Assembly: GCF_052425735.1 (NCBI RefSeq)
Contig: NC_135767.1
Location: forward strand, 14,818,001-14,882,000
Origin: Oculina patagonica
Taxonomy: Eukaryota
Reading direction: 5' to 3'
Length of the DNA: 64,000 bases
Shown: in pieces, positions 38,294 through 51,050 of the stretch
How positions within the stretch are numbered: position 1 is the stretch's first letter
Layout of the letters: the number at the start of each line of letters is the position of its first letter
Position numbers and translations under genes: made by a program
The notes under the pieces: model-generated
Database searches by the model: none
The model's input: the letters and a program-made list of their open reading frames with translations, nothing else
Told to the model about the DNA's origin: nothing

Positions 38294-38710
38294 AGCCTGG
38301 TTCTCATGGAATCGCCCCGATTGTTTCTATCGCCTCTGTCTTCTATCGCCTCTGTAAAAAAGTTTTCTTGCTTTTAGGACGATTATATGAGAGTATTACA
38401 CAGGTGATCGCTAACGTCTGCAACAATTGGGACGATCACGCTAATGGTTCTATCCTTTTAGCTTCTCTTTCCCTTTTTCGCCATGAAACAGCAATAACTG
38501 AGAAAAAAGGCGGCCAAGTTTTGCCCTTTCATTGAAGGCTACCATTGTGTTGGATCTAGGACAAAAATAATTGTTTTTCGTAGGTCTTTGCTCATACCAG
38601 GCGATCGGGACGTTCATAAGAGAGCCCCCAATCTCTTCCAATCGCTTCGATCGCCTACGATCGTCTCAGTTTTTGTAAACGATCGATGCGATCATATGAG
38701 AACCAGGCTT
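38294..38710. mobile_element. Harbinger-like MITE (copy 2, co-duplicated)
   Basis: agcctggttctcatg ... catatgagaaccaggctt at the homologous position. Confidence 0.65.
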
Positions 38711-40327
38711 TAGTTTCTACAACGGCACTACACCTTCGATCGGCACGTCACATCATTTCTTTTCTTTTGCTTAAACGCCACAGTTATACGCTGAGGGAAT
38801 TGATCAAATATCATTATATAATATACTTCAAACGTGGCCACAATTTAAGCGACTGCTTCAAAGACCTTATATATAACAACATTCAATCAGCTTTTGTTTT
38901 GGCTAGTATATTGCATTAATGACCAAAATAAAACAAATTTAATATGTTAAACGATTTTCCTAAATAATTATTCAGAGTAACTCACAAACTTTCGTCGTTT
39001 CCAGCTCAAAGAACTGAGTTACAGTTTCTTAAACGGACAAAATGACATTATAAAAATTTGTCTAACGTTTTAAACTTGGCCATAACTTTACAACATCAAT
39101 TATTCTGTTGCATCATTCACTCAGGTTTTGTTTTGGTTAGTATATTGAATTTGTAACCAAAATAAAACGAACTTATTAAACAAAACGAATATTCTAAATG
39201 ATTTTTGAGAAATATGTTTCCAGTTAGTATGCTATAATTTGTTTTGTTATTTCAAAGGATTCTGTGTTAATCAGAGACGACTTGAACATAAACACTTCCT
39301 CTTTCGCATGTCGATAGTCTACATAGTCTCGTTTGTTGTCGCATCCCGAAACTAAACGTGCACGTAATTTAATTCAATTAAGGGAGCTTGCCACGTCGGT
39401 ATTGACATCTTTCTATGTTTAATCATAAACTTACAAGTGATTCTACAACGGTTAACCCCCCCCCCCCCCCCTTTAAGAATACAGAGAAAGTTTAATGTAT
39501 TTATTCCATCGAATTGAAGAAGTAAAAGAGTTTGACTAGTCCAATCCAAGGACTCCAATTATTTGAATTTAAATTATAATTAAGGTAAATCAATTGAGAA
39601 CATATGCAATGCAAATGACATTTAATTGTTTATATAATATTCCTATCAGAAGCGAGTAGAAAATTTTTACTTCAAAATAGATTTGGATACACTCCTGGAA
39701 ATTCATGTTAAACGAACTGGGACGATGCCCCTCGTGTTTTGCAGCAATCAGACGACAAATTTTTGACTTATGAAAAGAAAAGCGATATTACAACCGATTA
39801 GCTACGTAGTTTAAATTGGAGAGGTAAGATTTTTTACCCTTTTGTTGCAATTTTATTTAAAAAAGGAAAACAAAAAAAATATAAATATGCCGTTCGGCCT
39901 GAAAAAAAAAGTTACCAAAAAATACGAAAACTGTGGGGTTAATACGTATCTAAAACTCCTTATAGTTTATTGCAGAAATTGTTTCGTCTGTAGTTGCGTT
40001 TAATTGCTTTCAAAGCAACTGATTACACATATTAAATGCAGTATATTTGCTTAAGACTGGGTTGATTTAGTTATATCGGGGTTCCGTCCATACATTTTTT
40101 TGTATTTTTTTTTTATATCTCCTGGTGTATGCTCAATGATACAATGCTCTACCGACCAGTTTACGCCAACGAGGATAGTCTCGATTTGAAATTAAACTTT
40201 GAAATGACAACTCATTTCTCCAATTCCCGTACGTGTTCAATTCCAAAAGAAAAAAAAATTGCGCGGCTAAATTAAACAACAAATAACTAATGAACCATAT
40301 TTCATAACACTGCTGAAGCTAAATCAG

Positions 40328-40480
40328 NNNNNNNNNNNNNNNNNNNNNNNNNNNNNNNNNNNNNNNNNNNNNNNNNNNNNNNNNNNNNNNNNNNNNNNNN
40401 NNNNNNNNNNNNNNNNNNNNNNNNNNNNNNNNNNNNNNNNNNNNNNNNNNNNNNNNNNNNNNNNNNNNNNNNNNNNNNNN
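40328..40480. other. Assembly gap
   Basis: Run of N. Confidence 1.
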
Positions 40481-41737
40481 AATGTCTGGCAGGCATTGGC
40501 CTCAAAAGCCAGTTAAGCGTTTAGAAAGCGAAAGGAGACTTCAGTTTAGTCTTCTGAAATGTCGTTGTTATTTGACTTTTCGAAAGATGAAGCTGGAAAT
40601 GGGATTCGGAGAACCTATAATCGATCAATTTAGTCGAGTGTAATAACCTAGTGTTATGAATTATTCTCCTTTTAGTGCTTTGTTGATTTGTTGATTTTAA
40701 TCAAAGCTCACCCTGAAAACAACAGTGAACCCACTTTTCTAACACACGCACAAACTTCTTGTAACCTGTAACTTGTAACTACGACTTCCTTGCTTAAAAA
40801 TAAAAGTTTCGCAAAGAGAAAGAGAAAAATGTGTATATTATACTTAAACGTAGCCATAACTTAAGTAACAGTCTTTATAAATTTATTGCATCATTGAACT
40901 GGGTTTTGTTTTGGTTAGTAATGTTATTTAGTTTATTACTAAAATAAAGCAAATTCAATATGGCAAGTAATTATTCTTAATTATATAATAACATTGAGAA
41001 AAATTACCTTGGTATGCCTTGACGTTGGCTGCTTTTTTCAGGACTGCGTGCATGGTAAATAAACGAATTAGACAGAAGAACTCCAGTTTATTATTGATAT
41101 TTTAGCAACTCGTGCTTTCATAATTATGTAAAGTCATTGCATCAGTAACTCTGGTTTTGTTTTGGTTAGTGAGTATATTGTATTTATAACGAAAACAAAA
41201 CAAATTACCTGAATTAAATTAAAATTTTCCTTATTTGAGAGAGCCGTAACAGAATGTTCCCAGTAGTTTGCTCTGATTTTGTTCCTAGTTTAAGAGAATG
41301 TGTGCTCTTCGATTAGGTAAGCACTTTCTCGTTCATATCTATATGTTCAGACTTTACACTTCTCAAACTGACGCATCGCAAAGCCAAATGAACGTGGCTT
41401 TTATCTAATTAAGGCAGCTTGTTGTGTCGGTTTATAATGTTGGATTATAAACATCACGTAAATCTTATATCTACGGAAATGGAGCTCATTTCTAGTTCCC
41501 ATCCGAGACGCAAGGAGACGACATCATTGGTAGCCATGTTTAAAGAGAATTAAAATAAATAATGAAAGATCAAAATAGATTTATAGAATAAACTTAGGTC
41601 CGTTTTCTGTGGATAATTTCATTTAATTTCAACAATACCGGAAGTTGGTAGCGGTGGGTTACACAATAACGCCGAACATGTTTAATTTTCGCGAAACCCT
41701 CGAATAACAGTGAGTTACACTTCCGTTAACCATATAC

Positions 41738-41745
41738 TATAAATA
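41738..41745 (+). promoter_or_regulatory. TATA box of VWA7-like gene B
   Basis: TATAAATA about 60-85 bp upstream of the candidate ATGs (41800/41824). Confidence 0.5.
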
Positions 41746-41823
41746 TATTAACAGAAGACACCAGAGAATATTGGAAGCGACGAAGGATAAAGTGTTCTAA
41801 TGTTTGAATACTTCTTTGTCAAA

Positions 41824-44800
41824 ATGTTTCTTTGTCTGGTCGCCGTTCTGTCCTTGAGTATGTCCGTCCTCGCGCAGGATCTGTTCACGTCTCCCTTGGA
41901 CGAAGTAAGGAACACGTTACTGACTTATTCTACTGGTTCCTCGACGGCGCCGACAGTAACACCAACGACATATAAGAAGCCGGCGTATAATTGGGGTTTG
42001 TAAAGCTTATTAATCTTAATGATCTTCCAGGTTCCTTAAATTAAACCTTTCTATTTCTTTAAAAAGCGCAATCGAAATAAACACGGCATTGCTTAAAAGG
42101 CGTACCATACATAACGCCATAGTCGGCAAGACAAGGAAAACAAGTTACAGCAATTTTAAGCTACATATTTATTCGAAGCCTACAACATCGATTAACTGGA
42201 TATTGAAGGTCGGCATTTGGAACCAATCAGTCGCTCAGCAGCATGGACCAATATTATCTAACTCAGTTCAAACTCATCCTTTTTTCGCATTGTATTGATG
42301 ATGATAAGTAAAAAATATATATATATGAAAAACTTGTGATTGATGGATCCTTAACACTACATTTCTCACCGACCAAATTGAAAATGTGTTGCACATGAGG
42401 CATTACTGTTTAAATTTGCTTTATAGGGCGCTTATCCTCTGCCAAACTTAACAGTCAGTGACGAATCATTTGTTTCTGATTATTTTATAAGTAATTTTTT
42501 CAGGAAATGCTGTTATGCCCGCTTCGGTTGACATATCAGTTTCGTCCTGCGGCTCAAGCCAAATCTCGGCAAACCCTACGACACCCCCAAAGCCAAAGCC
42601 TACAAAGCCTTCCAATAAATTCCTCGGAGCTGTCGATGAAATTGAGAAAGCCCTCTACGAAGCCCAGGCTGCTGGAAATCGCTACAGCCATACGGACGCC
42701 AAATTGCAGAGAATCAAGAAAAGCATTAAACTCGCTGCTCAAGAGCGAAGCTATCAGTTTTTTCGTCAATCCCTTGGCCACGGTCTGTTCACTGCAATGG
42801 TACTAGACAAAAAGGCAGGTCGTAAAAAGCGAACACCAACCAACCAAGTGAAGAAGTTTATGGATTCCATCAAAACGGAATTAGGCGATTCAGTATTCGA
42901 TACTTTCATGGGTGTTCATGGGGATGTCACACTGATGTTCGCTATCGATGATACTGGAAGCATGAGTGGCGAAATTCAAGCAGCTAAGGACATCGCAACC
43001 TCAATTGTAAATCATCAAAGAAATGGGGCAGTCGACTTCATCCTGTCTCCCTTCAATGATCCAGGTAGCATAAAATATCGTACCGTATTGTTTCCCTCTT
43101 CCCACCTTTCCCTTACTTTCCTCTTTTCCCTTCGGCTGTCCCCTTCCCACTTTCCCATACCCATTCCCTTTCCTTCTATGCACTTTCCTCCCTCTCTCCC
43201 GCACCCCTTTCCTCCCTGCACGTCCTTCCCCTATTCCCCCTTTTCCCTTCCAATGTCACCTTTCCCCTTCCCTATCTGCACTCCCTTTTCCCTCCCCCGC
43301 TCTTCCTCTCTTGTCCCCCTTTTCCCTTTTACTCTCCCCTTCCACCTTCCCTCTCTGAACCTTCTTTGTCCTCTCGTGTTCTTTCCCTCTTCCCTTCTTC
43401 CCCTTTTCCTCTCTTTTCTTTTTCCCAGTTCATACTTCCCAATTTTTCTTACGTTTTTTTTTTTTTACCTTTCCCCCCTCCTTTTCTTTAAATCGCCCCC
43501 TTTCTCCTTGCTTTCTTCCTAAATTCCCCATCTCTCTTTCGTCCTTACATTGTCTCCCTATTTTCAGTTTTCTCACTACCACTTCCCCATTCACTTTATT
43601 ATATATATCCGTCTATCAGCCTTTCGCCTTCCTGCCTCATTTCCCTTCATGCCCTCTTTCCAACATTTCTTGTTTCTCATTTCAGTTTCTCTGTATTCCT
43701 TCTACCTTTCCCTTCTCCTACTTTTATTCCTCCACTTTTCCCCCCTCCACCTTCCTTTATCCGTCCCCGCCCTTCCCCTTCCCTCTTTTTTCTTCTCTCT
43801 TTTTTACCTTTTTCTGTTATTGTGTTTGCCAGATCTTTACCCCTCTCTCCTCTTCCCTGACCATCCCCTATATCTTGTCTCCTTTTTCTTCCCTATTTTT
43901 CATCCCACCTTCCCCTTTCCTCTTCCCGTTCCCGATTTTTCCTTCTCACAATCCCTTCTTCTTTTATTTTCTATTCGCTTCATTTCCCACGCTTTCCCTC
44001 TTACCTTCTTCCACACTCCCCAATACTTTTCCCCTTCCCTCTGTCACCTTTCTTATTATTCCTTCTCTCCAGCATCCCCATATCTTCATCTCATCTTTTC
44101 CTTTTTCATATTTACCATCTCCCCCCTATTTTGCTCGATGTCCTTCTTCTTTAATTTTTCTATATACTTTTTCCAACATTCCATTTGACCTCCTCTTTCC
44201 CTGATCCCCTTTTCCTTCTCCCCTTCCAATTATTTCTTGCTATCTACCTCTCCATTTTACGTCCTTTTTATTTCGGAATCAACGCTTTCCTTTCTGCCTT
44301 TTTCTCGTTTTAACTGCTGCTGTTTTATTGTCCAAACAGGTACAGGGCCAGTGGTTTATAGGGATCCTAGTCAGGGTGGCCAGTTCGTCAGAGACATCAA
44401 TGCTCTAAGAGCACATGCTGGAGGCGACTGTCCAGAGTTAACTTTTACAGGGATCCTAGATGCCATGAATTTTGGTCCTCTGCCAGGTTCACCGCTCTAT
44501 GTCTTCACTGATGCTTCAGCAAAAGATGCTTCTAACGAAAACTTCATGGATGCTGTTTCATTTGCCCGTGCAATGGGGCTGACAATAAACTTCTTCACTA
44601 CGGGAAACTTGTGTGGAAACCCATCTTTCAAGTCCTTTGAAGATCTTGCTAGAGAAACCTGCGGTCAAATGCTACGTCTTCCATCCAGCGATGACCTGAA
44701 GAAACTCTCAACTATAACTGGGATCTCGCTAACCGGCACAACGTGCCTTTGCAGTGGAGGAGATAACAGTGCAAGTGGCAAAAAGAAGAGGAGTGCTACC

Positions 44801-46035
44801 AAAGAGTATGAAATCCCTCTTGACGATTCAATCGAAAAGGTTATTGTCACAGTTACTACGCAGAACACAGGTCCGAACATCATCTTAAAGGATCCCTCAG
44901 GGAACACTTTTTCCTCGGGAAAGGTTCCTTTTCCTCAGGGGGCGTTGTACGAGATCAATAACCCTATGCCTGGGTCGTGGAAATTGGTTATCTCCGGAGC
45001 AGGAAAGCACACATACCTGGTTAAAGGATCCAGCAAGACAAACGTTGACTTTGACTTTTTCTTCGTCATGATTCCAAGCTACGGAACAAATAAAAAGCCG
45101 ATACCTATTTCCCAGCCGCTGCTTGGTAAGTACTGAAACTACCATTTCGTTTCCCTACGTTCCTAACGATGCCCCTTCTCCTGCAAAATAAGCAATCTCA
45201 CATATTTTTCTGCCCCTTTTAGAAAGAAAACGTTAACGAAAAGTCTGTCACTATTTCATCAGCTTCAGAATTCCACTCACAATAGGAGGCAAACACCTAT
45301 ACATCTCAGGATATACACACCACTACTTTTTCCGTTCTTGTCTTGTCAGAAACTCTCGCTACCGTTAGCACTAATTTCATTCCTTTTTTTTTAGAAGTGA
45401 CAAAAAAGTAAAATCCAATAGCTTACCATCGTTTTATTTCATTTTATTTATTTACATTTTTCTAAGGTGAGACTGCACGGGTTATCTTGATAGTCACAGA
45501 AGCCGATAAACTCGATGCAATGTCTCTTGACGTTGACCTCCTGAGCAAAGATGGAAATTCCCTTGGTAAGGCCTCTGCTAAACCTGTTGGGACAAGTGGC
45601 GCCCATTTCTCGGCTTCTTTCACTCCACCTTTAGTGCCTTTCCGACTTGTACTTAAAGGAAAAACAAAGAAAGGAAACAAATTTGAGCGCAGTTCCCACA
45701 GTATCGTCACTCCAAGCAACGTTTTGATCCGAGTGTTGTACGCAAAAGAGGAATACACAGTTCCAGCGAAAGGAAATGGATACGTAATGTTTATTGTCTA
45801 CAACAATGGCCCAAGCGAAGTCTTTGATGTCAATGTCAAGGATACTGAGAAGTTCAAAGCAAGCCTCCTCCGCCCCACCATCACAGTTCGTAAGGGGCGA
45901 ACAAGTTTCTTCTCCGTCAGCTTTACAGCCAAAAGTCCAGCCACCCCTGGCGGTACCGATGCAGTGCTAGTTACTGTCACTGGAAAAACATCTAAAGTCA
46001 CTGCTGCTCATGTTGTGACTTTAATGGTCGCTTAA
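41824..46035 (+). CDS. VWA7-like secreted protein, gene B (4 exons, ~695 aa)
   Basis: Exons 41824-41995, 42504-43064, 44340-45125 and 45467-46035, phase-1 GT-AG introns, 2088 nt in frame. The last two introns are at the same positions as in gene A. Signal peptide MFLCLVAVLSLSMSVLA; motifs FAIDDTGSM, GGDCPE and VFTDA. Confidence 0.88.
43090..44310 (+). repeat. Low-complexity polypyrimidine tract filling intron 2 of gene B
   Basis: About 1.2 kb dominated by C/T on the plus strand, with no fixed period. Confidence 0.9.
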
Positions 46036-46713
46036 ATTGCATGAACTGTAAATGGTATTTCTGACGTAAAAATGAAACTGGAACGGACATCGGAATTGCG
46101 ATTTTGAAACCCGATTTTGATTTTTTGATTTTATTTTTGCTTTTGCATTTAATGCCTTAAATACGGCCCGTTACAAGTTTTATAGATTAAAGGAAACAGG
46201 CTGAGCGAAAAACGGAATTAAAGGAGAAAGTCGAGGTTGTTCTGCAAAGAGCTATTCATTGCTGTGCAGCCAGATCTAAAACTTTAAAACAGGCTATGTC
46301 TACGTGGTAAAATTTTGCTCAGGGACATTTTTTTTTAACATAAAATGGGATAAAATATGGGGGAAAAAAATTTATTAAACAAAGGATTTCAACTGACATC
46401 ATTTCCAACTCTTATAGCCGATCTCTTATCCAACTCTTTCCATCATTCGATAGATAGAGCATCCCCCCCAAAAAGCATTACGACGGAATCCGCCAGGACT
46501 TCGAGTATTAGATGGACAGAATTATGTACCAAAACTTTTTAAATCTAATTACATTCAAACATCTTTGTTACTTTTTCAAAAATCATATCAAAAAATCATT
46601 TCTTACAACACCAAACATCGCAAACAAATTTCGAAGTTCCACTGAATCGCTTGAAGCACGAGTTCACGGATAATTACTTACATCTTTATCTTTTAAAAAA
46701 GTGTAGAAAATAA

Positions 46714-47036
46714 CCCAGGGGGGGGGGGGGGGACTCGCATATGAAAGTGAGGGGGGATGCTCGTCGTCTCGCTTAGGGGTGTAAATTTCGGATTTTTGGT
46801 CTCGCTTAGAGTATTGCGGGGAAAACGCCAATATTTTAAGCTACAATGGTCTCGTTTAGGGTTACACACGAAGAAATATACAAAAAATTATAAATTATAT
46901 TCTTAGTTTTTTGGTATCTTGTAGTGGTCAACAAAAGGTCGAGCCATACCCAGATGGATCTCTTTTAGGGGTTCTTTTTAAAAATTTCCGACGACCATCC
47001 CCGTCCGTTGCATATAGGGGTCCCCTCCCCTCCCGG
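46714..47036. mobile_element. Mutator-like MITE
   Basis: G-rich/C-rich TIR (ccaggggg..actcgcatatg / catataggggtcccc..cccgg) flanked by a 9-10-bp direct repeat AGAAAATAA(C). Confidence 0.7.
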
Positions 47037-47967
47037 AGAAAATAACGCAATAGGATTTAAATTATTCTGGTACTGGAGTTTTGTCCACCTCAATCAAAGG
47101 CTTTGAAAATCAGAGAAAAAACCTAAATCGTTTATGGTTAGTGCAAAACATTCCTACGGAAACAGTAACTCATAATTAAACTACTATTTTTCAGGTGATT
47201 TCTCATTCAATAGGTTCGATTTAGTGCTTTCAGGTGACTGCTTTATAGGAGTGCTATATCGATCGGACAATGATGCAGTTGCAACTATTTTATATTCCTT
47301 AATATGTGGTGTGGTGATTGGAATTTTTCATTATTATTTAGCAGCTTACCACGAGCTTTAATGAAACAGATTTAATGAGTATGCAGAAACTTTTGTACTA
47401 AGGGAGTGCTTCTGCTTTTGTAATAATTGGGTTTATTCAGTAAATAAAAAAGGGAGTTTAACCTGCGGTTAAATTTTTCATCTAGGTTTAAGTGAGGCAC
47501 CAATACTTTCCAACATTCACCCGCCCCACCCTTCCAATTCAAACACATTCTTCAAAATCTTTACGGTGCCACTTCTCCAGCCGACCGAATCGTGACTCAC
47601 CCTTTACATAAGGGAATAAAACGTAACCTCCTGGATTGTTTTAGATTTATTAATTTTCTTGTTTTTTTTTTTTTCTTTTTTTACTTGAGCTGGATCAAGG
47701 GTTCGATGAAACTTTCAGGGAATCCGTTAACTTTTAGATCGCTTATTGCTTGCTGTTTGTTTTTCGGCTTCATTTCCGCTAAGGGGTCGAGGGAAATTAA
47801 TTGGCAGGATCATCAATGCCTTGATAACGGCTCTTTTGCTCTGCACAGGTCCCTGCGACTCAAAAGCTAGATATTTGCAACTTGTGTGAACGGGTTTTCT
47901 GTTCAGGGGCCCTTTGAGAGAGTTTGACGTGTACTCAGCAAAGAAAAAAATCACGATCTCGTTCATA

Positions 47968-48142
47968 CCCTGACTTGTCCCCAGTCGTCTTTATATAGCA
48001 GGCGGCAAAGGGAGAAGCACGCGCGCGAGGTGGGGGAGCAGGGGATGATCATCTCCCATTGCGCTCCTTTTCTCGTACCCATCTCTCCCTCCGCAGTACC
48101 TTTGCCGCGTGCTATATGAAGACGACTGGGGACGAGTCAGGT
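47968..48142. mobile_element. Foldback MITE abutting a GPCR fragment
   Basis: cctgacttgtccccagtcgtctttatatagca ... tgctatatgaagacgactggggacgagtcagg. Confidence 0.75.
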
Positions 48143-48428
48143 TCAAACTTAACGGAGGGGGAATTCCACATAATGTAGCAAGGTACAAGAAGCGTTTAGC
48201 GTCTTGTGGGTGCACTTAACATTAGTTTCTTGCTACATACCTTTTATCGTCGTGGCTTTGTTAATTATATTTGGCCAAATGCTTGGAATGCTTTCATTTT
48301 CTTTCACAGCAACTCTCACATACCTAAATTCGTCCCTTAACCCAATTCTTTACTGTTGGAAGATCAGAACCGTTAGACTAGCAGCAAAGAGCACGATCAA
48401 GCAATTAAACTGCTGCAAATCAGGCTAG
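48143..48428 (+). pseudogene. 5'-truncated GPCR pseudogene (ICL3 to C-terminus)
   Basis: NGGGIPHNVARYKK, then a frameshift, then LWVHLTLVSCYIPF...[14 protein letters not shown]1-5 are absent. Confidence 0.8.
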
Positions 48429-49225
48429 ACGTTGCAGTGACGTAAATTCTTTGGAAGGGCCTTGGGATTTAACGATAACGATATCTAACGAGAACAAACT
48501 CTAAAGGCTAGTTAACACGAGATTTTTGATGTGTTGTTGTTGTTGTTTTTTTGCGCTTTCCAATACATCTTGTGTCGCGCTAGAGTTCGCAATGAAAATT
48601 GCAAGTGCAATATCGGCGATTTTGTCGCTGCGATATAGCAGAGGTTTCCAACACGTTCGAGACCGCTGTGGTATCGCAGCAGTAATCCTATTTTTTTTTT
48701 AAAATTTTGTCGGGCGGGGCGAAAGTATAAAAAAAAGAAACGGGAAAAACTCACTAAGTATTCACCGTACTATTGAACACTGACGTATTATAGGTGCAGT
48801 TGGCATTACGAACTTCTGACAACTGTTATAGGGTTGTGTTGTTGTGATTGTTGTTGTTGTTGCTGTTATTGTTGTTGTTTTCAGAGATGGTCCTTCTTCC
48901 AAACAAACAAACAAGAGGCTAGTGAACGACGGAGTGTGAACTAGTAGTTCTTCGCTTCCAATTTAATTTGAATTGCTCTATAGTCAGCTATGAAATGATC
49001 ACATCTTATTTCAATTCATATTTGACAAGCGGGATCCCTGCAGTCCCTGATTGCTAGCTTGGGGCTGGTATATACTAGTTATGCAACGCTTTCGAGTGGT
49101 ATACTAGGAATATCCCCGGTCACTTGTATTTTCTCGGTATACACACAGTTAGGGAGTGTGTATACGAAGAAAATACAAGTGACAAGTGGGATATTCCAAG
49201 TAACACGAAAAGTGTGTGTAACTAT

Positions 49226-49373
49226 TTTATACCATGCCATAGAAAATACGCTCACTAAATTTCATCGAGAATAAGATCGCAGCGCACGATGGGAAGGTTG
49301 GGTTGAATACCGTCGAATATACAACGGCTTTCCTGTATTCTGATTGGCTGTATTTTCTATGGCATGGTATAAA
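49226..49373. mobile_element. MITE with ~24-bp TIR
   Basis: tttataccatgccatagaaaatac ... gtattttctatggcatggtataaa. Confidence 0.65.
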
Positions 49374-49684
49374 TGTCTATATTTATTACATTTAAAGAAA
49401 CGTGGCTAACATCATCTCGGTTGATGCGAGAAAACAGTTCAAATTAAGTCATCACAAATTTGAAATTCTAATGTGAAATCAACCTGTTCTACATGTCAAA
49501 CTTCATGTGTCAGGGCTCATGACGTTACAAATTAATTATCATAATTTTTTATGGCTCTACTAAAAATGTCATATGCCAGATATATAAATCACTTTGTGAC
49601 GACCAGTCCAGAAATAACGGTGTGTTTTTTCCGTGAGTAAAAGCCTTTCGTGCATAAGCAACTGAACCAAGCCTAAGAACCAAT

Positions 49685-50602
49685 ATGTTGGACTTTGCCA
49701 TAGATGGAAACTACACAAGCAGGCTGAACGAAACAAGCACATCAACAATAGGCCGACCTCGCCATGCGTTTATTTCCGCCTTGAACATATTTCTAGCCAT
49801 CACCGCGTCAGTAGGAAATTCTATTATAATTATTGCTCTTCATAAAGTGACCACCCTTCATCCACCTACAAAACTTTTGTTTCGATGCCTGGCGGTCACT
49901 GATCTTTGCGTTGGCCTTATTACGCAACCACTCTATGCTATCGCTGTTATGCCACAAGGAGCAATGAATAGGGATATTTTAAAATATTTCATTACAGGAA
50001 ATTATGTTTCAAGCTATATGCTGTGTGGGGTATCCGCCTTAATATCGACCGCAATAAGCGTGGACAGACTTCTCGCCCTGTTGCTACGAATGAGATACAG
50101 GAACGTTGTAACATTGAGACGAGTTCGTGCAGTTGTGATATGTTGTTGGTTAATCGGTGTTTCATGTGGATTAATGTACCTTTGGAGCATTACCTTAACC
50201 TGGATCGTTGTATTTATATTTCTAATGCTTTGCCTTGTAATCTCAATCTTCTCATACGCGAAGATTTACCTCAAACTACGTCAACATCAGAACCAAATAC
50301 AAGAACATGTTCACCAAGGACAACCGAACGGAGGGGAAATTCCACTGAATATAGCACGATACAAGAAGACAGTTTCTAGCATAGCATGGGTGCAGTTGAC
50401 ATTAGTTGCATGTTATGTCCCGTATGGTATCGAGTCTTTATTGTGGATTAGAGGAATAGATACGTACAATTCTTGGTTGTCAACAGCAACTCTAGTCTAC
50501 TTAAACTCGTCTCTTAATCCAATTCTTTATTGTTGGAAGATGAGAGAAGTGAGGCAGACCGTGAAGGACACAATCGGACAGTTTTGTTGTTTTTCAAGCT
50601 AA
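49685..50602 (+). CDS. Intronless class A GPCR
   Basis: 305-aa ORF with GNS, LAVTD, SVDRL and NSSLNPILY. Confidence 0.9.
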   Translation: MLDFAIDGNYTSRLNETSTSTIGRPRHAFISALNIFLAITASVGNSIIIIALHKVTTLHPPTKLLFRCLAVTDLCVGLITQPLYAIAVMPQGAMNRDILKYFITGNYVSSYMLCGVSALISTAISVDRLLALLLRMRYRNVVTLRRVRAVVICCWLIGVSCGLMYLWSITLTWIVVFIFLMLCLVISIFSYAKIYLKLRQHQNQIQEHVHQGQPNGGEIPLNIARYKKTVSSIAWVQLTLVACYVPYGIESLLWIRGIDTYNSWLSTATLVYLNSSLNPILYCWKMREVRQTVKDTIGQFCCFSS

Positions 50603-50779
50603 GATGTCTACGTGAAGCAAAGAAGGGGAAATTTTACCTTTTTTAGGCTTTCTACACTGAACACGGACCAGCACTGAATTTTCGATAAATTAACATAGCC
50701 AATGACCGTGTCTCATCATCATGCTTTTTTACCCTCGGATTTCAGAGTATCTTGTACAGCTATTATCCCGAGTATTTCA

Positions 50780-51050
50780 ACAGTACACAGCACGATGGGC
50801 AAAGGCCTGACCACAACGGTTCTTTTACGTCCTCTTCTAACCATAACACTAAAGGTGCAGGAGACAGGGCCTACGGTTTATCGTCCTTATCCGAGAAGAC
50901 TAGAATATCTAACCATTTGCAGATGTCACTGCAAAGGCAGCATATTCTCCTCAGTTATTTTAAGACCCTAATTGTTGGTGCGGTCTGGGACTCGAACCCG
51001 AGACCGCCCGCACGGTAGTCCTGCGCTCTACCAACTGAGCTAACCGGTCG
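50780..51050 (-). mobile_element. tRNA-derived SINE
   Basis: Minus-strand head cgaccggttagctcagttggtagagcgc...gggttcgagtcccagacc (A and B boxes), followed by a non-tRNA body. Confidence 0.75.

Larger units (their letters stand above)
31075..38950. repeat. Segmental duplication, ~3.1-kb units (31075-34240 / 35878-38950)
   Basis: The GPCR CDS, 3' flank and an embedded MITE are colinear in both copies. Confidence 0.85.

Noticed and set aside
43065-44339. Long Phe/Pro/Ser/Leu-rich ORFs (tail of 42515-43522, 43550-44188, 43875-44204)
   Set aside because: Artefact of a stop-poor polypyrimidine intron bounded by clear GT and AG sites.
50975-51050. tRNA gene
   Set aside because: It has A and B boxes but no clean cloverleaf, and it continues into a SINE body.
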